A stretch of DNA of 64,000 nt from contig NW_026926363.1 of assembly GCF_032062105.1 (NCBI RefSeq), forward strand, positions 1 to 64,000, read 5' to 3'. The position numbers and the translations under genes were made by a program. This document shows positions 46,441 to 60,900 of the stretch, piece by piece; within the stretch, counting starts at the first letter, position 1, and each line of letters starts with the position of its first letter. The notes beneath the pieces are model-generated. The model was not told where the DNA came from. It worked only from the letters and a program-made list of their open reading frames with translations, and ran no database searches. Source of the stretch: Saccostrea cucullata. Lineage: Eukaryota.

Positions 46441-48882
46441 ATACATTGCTTGGTTGGTGCAAAATATAAAATAGACCACAGCCCATGCCAGGTCAACGCT
46501 AGTTCTCCCTTCTTTGCTGGAATAAAGGTAACAAATTCACTTGTCAATGAACACTATTCTTAGATTTTGCTCATCTTTCAGTTTAGTAGTGTTTTTAAGT
46601 TTAGTGTGAATTATTGGTGTTTGAACCACACAGACTTGTCACGTAGGTATATTTCATGAAGCGCGCTAGCGCTTCTTGAAAAATATTACTAACTGCATGT
46701 CTGTGTGATTCACACACCAATAATTCACACTAAACTTAAAAACATTCCTTATATTTACATTTTAAATGTTTGGAGGCACCAAAAATATACTCAAAATTTG
46801 AATTTCTCGCTGCCTTATATCGTTATACTTTAACAAACGTCTCTGTAGCCTTATTGTGATGTAACGCATCTTTCTCCTGTATATTTCTACCCATGAGTAT
46901 ACACGAAAATGGTTCTCAAATCAATTTCACTGTTGGCTTTGTTGAAAAACACAGCAAATATGCATTTTCATTATAAAGCTAATCTCACAATTCTTTTATT
47001 TTATGTAGGAGGTATATAGAGGCATGTAATTTATATCGATTTCTCAAATGATTCCGCGCTCTTTTTGGATCTTTATACATTGTTTCATAAATAGAGATAT
47101 TAGTTTTTTAATTCCCGCTGCGAAGGAGAAGATGTTTAAACTGATTTTGCCTTTTTTCTGTCTTTGTTTCGGTCTGTCTGTCTAGCTGTCCGTTACTTTG
47201 TATCCATTTTCAAATCTGGTGTCAACTACTTGTATATTCCTGCGTGCTAGTATACCAAATTCCACTCGCATTTTTTTCACCGAGCAACAACTTATCGCAG
47301 AAGCTTGAAATTTTAACACACCCTTTGTTAAAAATGCTATGGGTTGCAATCATTTTTGTTTCGATCTGAAAACAACTGACTGTATATCCATGTGCCTCTC
47401 CATAAATTAGGGCCTTATTTTTTTTAATACAAACAGAACAGGGATATAACTAATGAGAATTGGCACACACATTTCTTGTTAAGTGAGAATTTAGATTAAA
47501 CAGACCCTAAAAGTTGCTTCTGACTTTTTAGGTAAGAGATGGCATAGTCTTTTTTAGTTTACCTGAGCAGATCACCCGTTGACCGTCTGCCTGTCCGTTT
47601 GTCCGTCTATAAACTATTCATTTTTCCAACTTCTCCTCAAGAACCCCTGGGTCAATTTTAACCAACTTAGTATAAAGCATCCTTGGGTAAAGGAGAATTT
47701 AGATTGTTAAAATAAAGGGCGAAGTCTCGTTCCAAGGGGCGATAATCACGAAAATACAACAAGAGGCCCACGGACTTTATAGGTCACCTGAGTATCTTCC
47801 AATAACTTCCCAACAATTAAATTTGGGTGGTGTTTTAAATTAAATGCTATAAAATTCAAATTCTCAATTTTGAAAGAGGCACCGTTGCTTATCATAACCA
47901 TATACTAACTAAAGATATTTGCATAAAACACAGGAAAAAAAGGAAAAGATTTTCAAAGAATTCTCGCAATTTCACTATTTAGTAATTCGCGCCCCGTCCT
48001 AGCGCTAAACCACCTGACCCAGGGTCCCTGCAATTCACAAATCTGGAAAATGCATCCCTCTTCATCATAACTATGTGCATAATTCATTGGTTTTAATACC
48101 CAGGAGCAGAGGAGAAGATTTTCAAAAAATAGTGCATTTTCACAATATAATCAATAGAACCCCTGAACCCCTCACTGGGTCTATGAAATTTACAATAATG
48201 GAAGAGACCGCCTTATTCAACATAACTAAGGACATGGTTAGTTTGTTTAATACTCAAGAGCAAAAAAGATTTTTTTTTTAGGAATTAATGTATTTTCGCC
48301 ATATACATGTAATCAATAGAGCCCCGGCTTAACCCCAGAACCCCCGACCCAGGGACCATAGAATTCACAATATTGGAAGAGATATTCTTACTCATCATAA
48401 CTATGTAAGTGATTAATTTGTTGAAATCCAATGAGCAGAAAATAAGATTTTCACAGAATTTCTGCATTTTCTCTATATAATCAATGAAGCCCCACCCTAA
48501 CACCAGAACCCCTGACCCTGGGGCTATGAAATTCACAATTTGGGAAAATCAGCCTTATTCAACATAACTATGTGATTGCCAAGGTTAGTTTATTTAATGC
48601 CCATGAGGATAGGGTTTTCAAAAACATAAAGAATTTTCACGATGAATCTATTTAGCCCCGCCCTAGCACTAGAACCTCTGACTCTTGGGCCATAAATTTC
48701 ACAATTTCGGTAGAGGACTCAATGCTAAAAACAAGCATGCCACCAGTTTAAGTGCTTGATGCCCAGGAGTAAAGGAGAAGATTTTTAAACGATTGAATTA
48801 ATTTTAGTGGTTTTTGCCAGGCCCCTACGGGGGAAGGGGGTTTACATTGAAATATATTTGGAAAAACTTGAAAAGAAAGTTA

Positions 48883-48913
<31 letters not shown>

Positions 48914-51900
48914 GAAAAGCTGATACTTATGTGGAAGCATCCTGAGGTAGTTTAGATTTTAGATTCTTCAACTCATTACCCCCGGGGGTTGGACGGGGCC
49001 ACAATAGGAAATCCATGTTTTCCATTGAAAAATAAAGGGAAAAAAAATTAAAATCTTATTCTTGTGAATTGCAAGGCGAGAAAAGCTGACAATTATGTTG
49101 AAGTATCTTAGGGTAGTGTAGATTCTAAATTGTTCAAATCATGTCCCCCGGGGGTAGGAAGGGACCGCGATAGAAATCCTAGTTTTACACAGGGAATCCT
49201 AGTTTAACATAGAAATACATGTATATATGAAAAAAAATCCTCCACTAGGCCAGAAAAGTTGAAACTTATGTGGAAGCATTCTTGGGTACATGTAGTGTAG
49301 ATTCAAAATTGTTCAAATCATGAACCTTAGGGGTAGGGCGGAGCCACAATAGGGAATCCGATTTAATGACATTGGAATATATGGGAAAAAACTTTCAAAA
49401 TCTTCTCAAGAACCACTTCGCAAGACAAGCTTTAACTTATGTGAAAGTATCCTGGGTAGTGTAGATTTTAAAATGTACAAATCATGACAACAAGGGAAGG
49501 ACGAGGCATAATAAAATTCACGTTTTACATAGGAAAATATCGGAAAAAAACTTTAAAATCTTCCTCTTAAGAATCACTGGGCCAGAAAAGCTGAAACTTA
49601 TGTGAATGCATCCTTGTACAAATCATACACGGGGAAAAGAGGGACCAAGAGAGTCCAAGTTTAACATGGAAATATACATTTCAAAAAATTAAAAATCTTA
49701 TCAAGAATTACAAGGCCAGAAAAGCTGAAACTTATGTGGGAGCATTCTGGGGTAGTTTAGATTCAAATTTGTTCAAATCATGACCCATGGGCGACGGAGT
49801 CACAATAGGGAATCCAAGTAAATTACATTGAAGTACATGTATATGGGAGAAATCTTGTTCCAATCATGACCCTTTAGGATTGTCAAGGTCAAGATAGGTA
49901 TAACAAAGGGGCACATTTGTTAAATCACAGAATGGCCAAGGTTACTCAGTTGAGCGATGCCGCCCATGGGCGTCTTGTTTTCAAAAACCATGTATATCAG
50001 AACTAGTGCAATGTTTGTGCACGTTAAATACGTTAAGCAACATGGATTCGAATATTAAATAAATGCAAGATAAGGGGCAAGAATAAAGTAAGACATGGAT
50101 TCATTCAAAACTGAAAAACACTCCTTCAAATAGCCTTGATTACATATAATTATAAAAGCAGTATTCTTGATATGATAGTCATAAAAAATTTTTAATATGT
50201 TATATTTACACGTTGTACTTATCATGAACACCCTCAGAATTGACAGGTGTTAATACATAAAATACATACTACATGTAACTAGAGACATATCCAGGGTCTC
50301 CATCTGAAAGTTTTTTTTACGAATCCTTACACATGTATTTAAAAAAAATTCATTCATAAGTTAAGATAATTCTTGAAATAGGCAGAAGGGAAAAAACAAC
50401 TAGTACATATATGAACAAACATTCACTTCTGTGAATAAAATTTTGTATAAATAAAAAAAAAATTAAAAAAAACATGCATCTGTGAAAAGAAAGATAACTA
50501 GTTTTGACATTCAGATTATGCAAGCAGTGGTGAATCCACAAATCTTAAAAAGTACCCGCAGCCACACCAAAAATTGATGTGATATTGCCGATATTTTGTC
50601 ATTTTGTTTTTCCTCATAAAATTCACCGGGCTTGGTATATTTTTCTAAAGTTATATTACACTTTTAGCACCAAAGTAACGTATTCTGAAATTTATTTTCA
50701 CTTGTAAACCTTTAGTGAGTGTTATATTTATTTTTATTATTGAAATATTACAACTATTTTATTTTATATTACAGTTCTTAGAATTATCCACTTTTCTAAA
50801 CTTGTGACATGATATTAAGTCTCTTAATGTTTGTATCATCTGTCCTTGAAAAAATTGAGTCTTATTTACTCATAAATATTTTGTGAGTGGTATTTTAAAG
50901 TATTATTTAACAAGAAACACTGACTTTGTTTGTTAATGTGAGCGTGGGAAATTTTGATTAGTGCCCATTCTTCGTATTTTTCACAAACACGTTTCAAAAA
51001 ATTGTTAGTTGACTTTCCTGCAGTCATTTGAAATTGCATCTTAAATTTCCTTGACCGTTTGCAGTAAAAATAAACATGTAGTAGACCATTATGCTTTTCG
51101 GCTCATTCACTGGACTGGACCATTGTGTGTTGTGGGCACCTTTTTGCGTAATGACAACAATATCCATATATGGTAGTTTATTCGATCTGTTAAACCTACA
51201 CTTTCATGTTTATACGAAAGGTGTTTTGACATCACGTGTTACTTTGCAACCGATTGGAAATTTGTGTATGTTTGTGCTAGGACTCAGATGTTGAAGGCAA
51301 CCTTAGCACTTACAATAATTTTACAGGTCTTGAACTCAACAATTTCAATACCAAGAGGAAAAAGCGTGGACGTCCATCTACAGTTTACAATACCATTTAT
51401 AAGTCTGCACGGTATTTCTAACCTCCCACATATGCTGATTGACAACCAACCTGCACTGCAGATACGAATGGCTGTACATAACGCATCATCTTCTGTCTGT
51501 GATGGTCTTGAAAAAAAAGCATGTGATACTGATATATCTGCTTACAAATTCAATGAAAGTAAGAGATACAATACAGATATGTGGAAAGAGATTCACAAAA
51601 TAAAAGTTAATAATGAAGACGATGGTGATGTTAAACCAAAAATTGACAAACACATAACGCTGCGTTTCAAGACTGGTCCAACATACGGCCTCGGAAGCAA
51701 AATATTCGAAGAAATTGGCTTATCAGACGTCCAGGCAAGTAAACAATTTATTTGTACCTTTTCAAACTGATTTCGCCAAATCTTAATTAGACAAACAGTG
51801 TTGAAAAAAAGTTTTTGAACAAGGTAAATGTAAACTCAATCTGTCCTATTAAAAAATGAAAAAGTGTTGCAAAATGTATGTTTAATAAGTCAAAGCAATA

Positions 51901-54900
51901 TGCATATTTCAACTTAGATATATAATATGAATTTAAGATTCTTTTTTGAGAGGTTTAAGAGGTGTTTTGTCATGTTTTTAAAATACTTTTTTTTATATAT
52001 ATATAAAAGGTTTTTGTAGAAGACAGCAACTCATCATGGAAGGAAGCAATTTGTGAATCTCACACAGATCCGCATATGATGACGTTTGATAAAAAGTAGG
52101 CAAACACTTTCTGCATAGCATACCATATTATGACATTATATTGTTTAAAGAAAATTAAGAAGGAAGATCGTGTCCATTTAATTGTTTTACAAACAGACTG
52201 CAATACATACTTTATTGCTTGGTAATTTATTTCAAAACTATAGGCAGTTAGTGATTTATTTTTCTCACAATAGTAAATCACTTATAAGTAACTACTGTTC
52301 GTTCTATAAACATATAGAAATTGAACAGTTTATACTGAGAAGAATTTGCCTACTGCCTATGTTTGAGGAAAGACGGTTTTTCAATTTTAGACGAGAAATC
52401 CATCTTATCATATTTATTTCATTTTATGTCACCTGAGTCACTCTTGTGACCTATTTTTATCTATTTTCGACTGTCGTCAATCAGTGTAAACTTTTGAACA
52501 TTTTCAGCTTCTTTTCTGGAACCGTTGAGAATACCAACCAATTTTTACGTATTACATCTATGGGTGAAGGGGAACTAAAATTATGAAAATCATGGCCGCT
52601 GTCTCACTGGGGTCTGAGGGGTGTGGCCAATACCACTTAAGTTAATGCAATTTTTAAAAAATCTTCTTCTTTACTCCTGGACATCGCCATAAAATGTGTT
52701 CCTCAAACCAAAAAAAAGCCCTTTACGTAATATATCAACTATGCAGATACGGAATTTTTAAAATAAAAATTTGAGCGCTATTATCTATACTAGCTATTTA
52801 TTTAAAAAATTCTGTATATTTCTTTGTAGAAAGTACGAGTGTCAATTGGATGGAACCTTTGTATTGTACAGAAATGAGATCTACCAACAAGAGGTTTTAA
52901 TTATTATTTTCATCTTAAATAATACGTTTATTGTGTATTATATTTATCTTAAAATTTCTGAAATAGTCAAAATACTTTTTCCCTACCAATTGTGGATTAA
53001 CAACAGGCGTCTGAAATCTTGATCGTCAAAAGAAAAATTTAGAAAAAATGTTCCCACCCTGAACTAGAAAATTCCAGGATGGCAAAGAGTTTTTCGGGAG
53101 GGGTTCGCAAGGCAGACTGGATTTTTCATTCGAATTAATAGCACAAACTCTGCGGATACTGAATAACGATGTAGTCGCAAAATTGTTCTGACCAAGCCAA
53201 GATTTATTATGGGTCCCCCCAAAACATGTTGCATCCTTTTTTTTTAAACGAGGGTGGAAAATTTTTTTTCAGTCCAGATTTTTTTTTGGGATGACAGTAA
53301 AAAAAAATTCAGACTCCTGTGGGATGAACAGAAACAAAGATTCTAAATTTAATGATCCAAGTTATAGGTGGTTAAATGAGAAAAGAGAAAAAAAATAATC
53401 GTCAAATATTCTTTGCACTGAAGGAGGAATGTCACACAAACTTTTTATTTTATAGATCTCCAAGTGATACTTTTAAAACAATGGTTTCAGCATTGAAAGA
53501 CAATTATTGGCTCAAAATCATTTTATATGATTTTTTTGTCAATCATTATTTAAAGAGAAATTGAAATGAAATTGCGAAATCTTCGAAAAATCTTTTTTTT
53601 TTCATATTTGAACCTTACCCGATCAAAATTAAAGAGACACCGTGATGCACAAAGGGGGAAGTTGACAAACGTAGAAATTTGCATGATTCGAGTAAATTTA
53701 ATTCAATTCCTAAACGCTTTGTGTTTCATAAAATAACGGGTTTCAAAACCTTAAAAAAATCTATTTTTATGGAGAAAAATAAAAACAATTTCAATATAAC
53801 GAAAATATTGCATTTACCTCTTTCTTTCTATTGTACACGTGCGCAGAAAATAATGAATAAGTTACCATAGTGACCATGGTCTTGAGCACCAAGGAAAAAG
53901 TGTAAGTAGACCAAAAATTTTAATGCAATCTTTTTCAAAAGTTGTTAGAACATATGTGACCGCGACTGGAAAAAAGGGTCCAGATGAGTAAAAAATCTAA
54001 ATTAATTCTATTTTCTTTTTTAAATCAGGACACTTTGAATAACACAAATTCAAAATTTCATGCAAATATCATTGAAAATAAAGAAGATACAGGCCCAGGT
54101 ATGCAGGCATCTTCCAGTCATATCCTAACGTCAGTGACGTTACCATAACATCGTAATTAGAAAAAAATATCTCAACACTTTCAGTCTACTGGAATATTAA
54201 GAACAATCACTTCTTTTTCTTTAAACTCTTCTTAAAATTTTGCTTAGATATTATGAAAATAAACTGAATCATTAAATATACTGTTATTCTTACCTATTAC
54301 ATATGACTGTTACTTATTACATATGGCTGTTGGAACAACTGAATTTGATTCAGAAGACTGACTTATTATCCTACCAGCATCGATGACCAACAAGAGAAAG
54401 GGAAGAAAAGATGCATAATGAACAAAATAATCCAACCATTTATTTTCAATAAAATAAACTCTAGAAACATGAGAAATGCAAGATAAATATGCAAATTGAA
54501 ATTACATTCCCAAATAACAAAAAAGTTATTATTCGTAGTTATGACAGAATACACCAGGAATCACATAAATTACAGAATGACAGAGGTTCTTTGACAGCTG
54601 TAAGCAAAATCACAAAAATAGGAAAAGCAGCTAGGTAACTATTTTTAAAACAGACACTCTAAATATTGCAATCATGCATATTATGGATAAAATGTACTGT
54701 TATGATATTACAGATGTATGCATCTGTACTTTCTTAACATAGTCAACAGTATTAAGTATAAAGATTATAACAATTAAATTTTTGGGGGCAGTGTGAAAAT
54801 GGTATCTTTTGAAAATTAAAAATCTGTCGTTAATCATTTTTGACAAAGCTTTGTAATATTTTTGGTTATACTAAATATATCCAAAGTGCATTTAAAGGAA

Positions 54901-57900
54901 AATGTCACAGAGAAGGTGCAAACATCAGTTAACAATTTTCATACTGTTACACATTTTTTTAACTGTTGAGATGTAACACTAAAACTCATAGGATACAGCT
55001 TATGTAAACAATTGAGTAACAATGCTAATTCCAACAAATGTTTTAAAGCACTGAAATTCGACTAACAGAAAAGTACATCAATGTAACACTTTACTGGAAG
55101 TAATACAATAGGAACTACATGTATACGTTTTACTTCTAATCTTTCTTACACAAAATAACCCTCCCTTTCTTCTAAGGAGAAGACTTTTCCTTTTCCCCAA
55201 GTGTGACGTAGAATGATCAGGTGAATAAACTTTCACCTCTTTCTTTGATATGACTGGTTTTGGGCATGATGTGTCTTTAGCAGAGAGTGATAGACAATGC
55301 TCACGGATTTCCTCATATAGGTACCATTGCGTCTTGGCCCCCATACCAGGTGCTGGGATTTCTTGAGGCAGAGGATCATTTACGATGGGAAGGATATTCT
55401 GATCTTTCAGGAGATTCACAAACAAAGGAACAGAATCACAAAGCTCCTTACATTCAACAACACCAGGAGTCTCAGCACTTACTTGGAAATGATGATAGCC
55501 TCGAATGTTTTTCAAGGGTTTGAAGAACTGTTCAATGTACGACTTCCAGTCCCTAAACTGCACAGGTGTTTGTGGATCTGACACGAGCTGAAGAATGTTA
55601 TGGCCTCTGCGGGATGAATGACGGACTGTGTCTGCTATATCAGTCATGGTTTCTGCTGTAGATGAACGCCATTTTACTTTCCAGACTCCAAAATGCCAGT
55701 CAGGATCAAATTTAGTGTGTCCTGCCACCATCATAGAATATTGCACAATAACATGGAGTCCTAATTGAAAGGAAATACACTCCTTAATTTAAATACAAAT
55801 GCTACATTTAGGAAGAGTTTGCATTTCTTTACTATCAAAACTGACATCATACATGTATGTAACACTTTGGGCATTGAACATCATGAACATACTGAATATC
55901 AAACAATGCTTTTACAAATTTTAATAATTAAAATCAAATATTTTTCATATGATGTACACTTACCTACAAGAACTCTCCGTAGAGCATACCATAAGACAAA
56001 GTTGTTTTTGTTTTGCCCACTGCAGTTGTCGAAATGAATGGATGCTGTTTTTTCTCCATATCCATGGTATTGAAAAAAGAGGTGAACCATACTAATGACA
56101 GAATAAGCACCCTTCCCTGTGTTCTCAGCCTCGTCAATCAAGTAGAACACTTGTTTTCCTAACTAAATAACTCAACCATTGACTTGTTTATTTACCTTAA
56201 TATATGTATGCATTATGACAAAAATAGAATGTGTTTTGAATATTTTGCTGCAACTATATTTAATAGAATTCATAATAACTAGAATTGTTTTATTTTGACT
56301 CAGCCCCATACATGTATTATTCTATATTTGAAAGAGTATCCTCTTTACATATATATTTTAGATTGTACTTTTTCGTCAAATATTAGATTTCCACATAAAA
56401 GTTCATTAATAAAATTCTTATAAGAATTACATGTAAAGTTATTTCTGTATACAGGGCTATTTTCGCCCTTTCACAATTGGAAACAATTTTGCCTTGTTTT
56501 AAATTCGCCCACTTACAATTCTGTTCAAGAAATCATGCTGTGTATTTTTAATCCCCCCCCCGTTTTAAATTCACCCACTTGTGGGTAGGGCGAAAGGGGC
56601 GAAAATAAATCGGGGGCGAAAATTTCCTTGTGTACAATATATCATGACTTATGAATTAACATACCTGAACCCTCGTAACATACACCAAACGCATTGCATT
56701 TCCGGGGCGTCTTAAAAAATATTGGTCCCACTTGTTGGGCATGATGTGGAAAATGCACTTGTTGTGCATAGTCCCAGGAATAACGCATTTCCACATCAAT
56801 TGAGCATGGAGCATTTCCTAGAATAAAATTAATCATTCATGATCATTTGTATGCATTGAAAGTTATTCATATTTTTTATTGTTTCATGAACAAAGAAATT
56901 CAATTTCACAGAGAATTTTTTTGCAAACACTTTGGTATGTCTGTTTTCCTATTAATACTAAGGAAAAGAGGAGAAAATGCATGGCTAGAATTAAACCCTT
57001 GACCCCTGGTCAGGTGTTCTACCCATTGAGCTACCCAGGCTGATAATAGTCTAAATCCAATCACATAATTATAATAGTACATGAATGTTCATTTAATACT
57101 AATGAAGGAAATTATACCATACTTGTTACTATACAAAAAGGAAAAAATTTAACTTTGCAATAAAATTTTAACTTACCAGTTTGTTTACATTCCTCTGGTA
57201 AGGAAACGAACACTTCCTTGCTGGTGGTACACTGGTGTCTGTAGTAGTCGCTTTGCTGTTTAGCTTGGGAAACATGCTGCGTGTAAGTAGAAAGGATTTC
57301 TTCCTTTTCCTCATCATTCATATTAGAAACTGTAGACAGTTGATGAGAGAAATTTTGACAAAGCTGACACAGGTCAGTGCATGGCTTCATGATTGTAATG
57401 AATGGACACAAGACAACTCATGCCAAGTTCTTTGAAATGTCCTTAAGTGTATTCTTCTGAAGTTCATTTCTTCAGCTAGAATCTCATATTTAGCATGAAT
57501 GTCAGCAGTTGTTGTATCTGATGGAAGTAGAAGCACTTTCTCAGATTTATAATTTGGCAGTCGGCCTGGTAGAGGCAGGGCAAAGTCACTAGCATACTTG
57601 GTAATAAATGTTTTGATTCGGTCCCTGTCTGTCACTGTTAAGCTATTATGCGGAGCCATACCACTGTTTCCATATGTTCTGGGTAAAAACCCTTCTGTAT
57701 CAAGAGATCTGGCAACTTTATGGAGTTTTTTTCTTTCAACCGCATGTACAAAACAAAATGTTGTACGACACACTCTGCATCCATTGAAGTAGTACTCCTG
57801 AAATGGTCTTTCTCGTTCTTTTTCTCTGTGTTTCTGGGACTGTGTGACAGAACCAGATCGCCTATGTGCAAACATTTCAACTTTAATTATAGTGTCAAGT

Positions 57901-60900
57901 TCCTCCCGAGTACACTGTAGACAATGATCACGAAACTCACATGCTGCATCAAAGTCAATTTTCGTGCTACATGGCATTCCATAAAACTCCTTACACCCGC
58001 AAGTGTCATTCTGAAATTTGGAACGGATTTTGTATTCCTTCGTGTCGGTGTCATTAACTTCATTCGGTATATATACATCTCCATCATTGTTGTCATTGTC
58101 GCTTTCAGAGTCAGAATCATAGTTTATATCACCAAAATCACTCGTATCTGTCTCGCTGTCACTTGACAGATCACAAAACTGTCTGTCGCGCACGTTAGAT
58201 TTTGGAGCAACAGGTTTAGAGAAATATAATTCATCCACACGCTCTACATCTTCTAAAAATTCATTAACTTGATAAAGAACAATTTCTGAAGGTATACTTA
58301 TTGATGTTGCTGTGGATGTTTGGCTCATGTTTAGTGCTAGAACTCCCTACATTTCCAGTTTACAACTTTACTGCGACTTTCACTTTCAATCTATTTTCAA
58401 CCGGAAATGTAAACACGTTTGCTGTTGTGGACACAATCTCTCACCAGAGGGCGTTTTACGCTCATCGCGCCAACACACCTCTGTTAACGTCTAAATTACA
58501 AGAATCTTGTAAAACGAAAATAAATTATAGATTTCCACCAACTTGGTATTTTTTCTTAAATGAAATTAGAAATATCAATCTGTAGCACTTCTTTTGTTCT
58601 TTCAAAATTTATATATATATTAAAATAGCTTCAATATATACGGCACTATTTTGTTCTGAATTTTTACACATATTTTCATTTTGAAACCAAGGAGACAAAG
58701 TCAGGAAATATTTACTACCAGAGAGCTTAAAACACGTAACATCATTGAAAAATCATACAAAACAATCAATGTCTAACAATTTTTGTCGACAAATAATTAT
58801 TTGACAACCCGCGCTACTTTTTAGACGACAACAGAGGTGTAAGCGGAGCGCGCCCTCTGGTGAGAGATTGGTTATGGACAGAGTTATTGCTCTTTACAAC
58901 CCGCGGTAAATTCAAATTAAAATAAAAAAAAACGTAATAAAATATATTTCAAAACATTACAACAATCTATTTCAATTTCATAGTTAACACTTTAAAATAC
59001 GAGACAGAGATAATCTTTTTCAGAAGCACGTGTACTGCATATTTTTTTCTGGCGTTTTTTTTTCGATTGTGACGCAAACGTTCAGAACTATCGCCGATTT
59101 CTCATTATGACGTGTGCCGCATCTGGACCCTTTTTCGCAGTCGCGGTCACATATTTCCTACATTGTTATGCTCTAATTTAATGTTGTTTACAAGTTTGAG
59201 CTAAAAAAGAAAATGGCATGACCTTGACTTACTCGCAAACAACTAAACGGCAGGTACAAATTTTGTTTTTCCGGTACTTTAATGTATATTGTGCAGTCTT
59301 TTTCTTCCTTTAATTAAGGTCAAGGTCTTTCGTTTCAGACTGAAGACCTTACAGTGTATATTGATTTTACTGTTTTTCTTTTTTCTTTTTAAGGTCTTCC
59401 GTTTCAGACGGAAAACATAATAGTGATTCTACTGTTTCTTTTTATACCCCCGCTTGAAAAGTGGGAGGGTATATAGTAGTCGGGATTTCCTTCCGTCTGT
59501 CTGTTACGCTTTATCTCTTATCCGCAACTCCTCTTACTACTGAGTGAAATTTAATGAATTGAAACTTTCACAGAATCTTTATTACATATTGCCATTGTGC
59601 ACCTCCTATTTTACTTTTTTATTCGACAGGTATTTTAGGTTTCCCATAGCAAAACATGGACATTGCCATTATATGTTTACCTATGACGTCACATATAGAG
59701 TCTTCTGGATAACATTTGATAGGACAAGTTATTCCTCTTTACACATTACCGTAAAATAATATATAGCAACACATGGATATTATGGGAGGCGGGGGGTATC
59801 ATTTAGTGAGCTCATTGCTCACAGTACCTCTAGTTATTATTATTATTTTTCCCCTTTTCTTGTAAGACGGATTTCTCAGAGATGGCTGGACGGATCTTCC
59901 TGAAATTTTCAAGGATTATGGAAAATGAAAATATGCTCAGGTTTTCTTTTTCATTTTTTCAAATATCACTTCCAGTCGTCAGATATGTCTGATTTCCGCT
60001 TTTTTATCCGAGTCATATCTCAGAAACGGTAAGAGATGAAGACACCAGACTTATATGAGTAATAGATCTTGGTAAATAGACGAGCTCATTTGGAATAAGA
60101 TTGTCCGCCGTCACTTCCGGTCGTCACAGGAAGTGATCATATTTATCGAAAATTTCAACTTTTTTTGAAACTTTTTTGACATTACATCATAGCTTCTTAT
60201 TTGTAGTATCGTAATATGTCAGTCCCACCTGAAAAAAAAACGGCCACATCCGGTTATAAGAGAAAAACTACATAATTTGAGTATTTTTCTTTCCCATAAA
60301 TATTTTGTATAGATAAAGTATTTAATATGATTTTTGGATATGTTATTGAGACTGCAAATGACTACAGTAACGTCTTATAATGTTGCAAAATTCACTCCCG
60401 GTCGCGTGATTTCCTGTCCTCAAAATGAGAACTTATTATAGCTAGATCTCGTCAACGATTAGAGATTAAGACATGAACCTTTCAGAAATAATACAAAGAT
60501 AATAATACAGTAGCGTCAAATATCTTTGTAAAATTCGCTTCTGGACATGATTTCCTGATTTGGTGAGTATGCAAAACCAGTTGGAAATAAGATTGTCTGA
60601 CGTCACTTCCGGTCGTCACAGGAAGTGATCAAAGAAATCGAAAAATTCAACTTTTTTGCATCACATTAGAGCATCTTATTTGTAGTTTCAAAATATATCA
60701 GTACCACCGGAAAAAAAAACGACAACTTCCGGTTATAAGAGAAAAACTACATAATTTGGGGTTTTCTTTCTCATAAATATTTTTTATTGATTATATTCAG
60801 ACTGCATTTGTCTACAGTATCGTCAAATATCATTGTAAAATTCGCTTCCGGTCCCGTGATTTCCTGTCCTCAAAATGAGAAGTTATCATAGCTAGCTCGT

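Larger units (their letters stand above)
55078..58328 (-). pseudogene. Sola1 transposase, 4 exons (58328-57177, 56817-56665, 56158-55964, 55760-55078), one frameshift
   Basis: Motifs TDLCQLC, SWDYAQQ, FDNCSGQNKNN and GHTKFDPDWHFG. Three phase-1 GT-AG introns. Removing a 5-bp insertion near 57408-57416 gives ~725 aa. Confidence 0.88.
53956..59150 (-). mobile_element. Sola1 DNA transposon
   Basis: ~31-bp TIR GTGACCGCGACTG..AAAAAGGGTCCAGATG and 4-bp AWWT-type TSD ATAT (53952-53955 and 59151-59154). Encodes a DDD transposase. Confidence 0.88.

Noticed and set aside
51264-51326. MLKATLALTIILQ as the signal peptide of a standalone gene
   Set aside because: A TTTTACAG acceptor at 51326 joins in frame with the upstream FFAGIK exon, so this stretch is more likely intronic.
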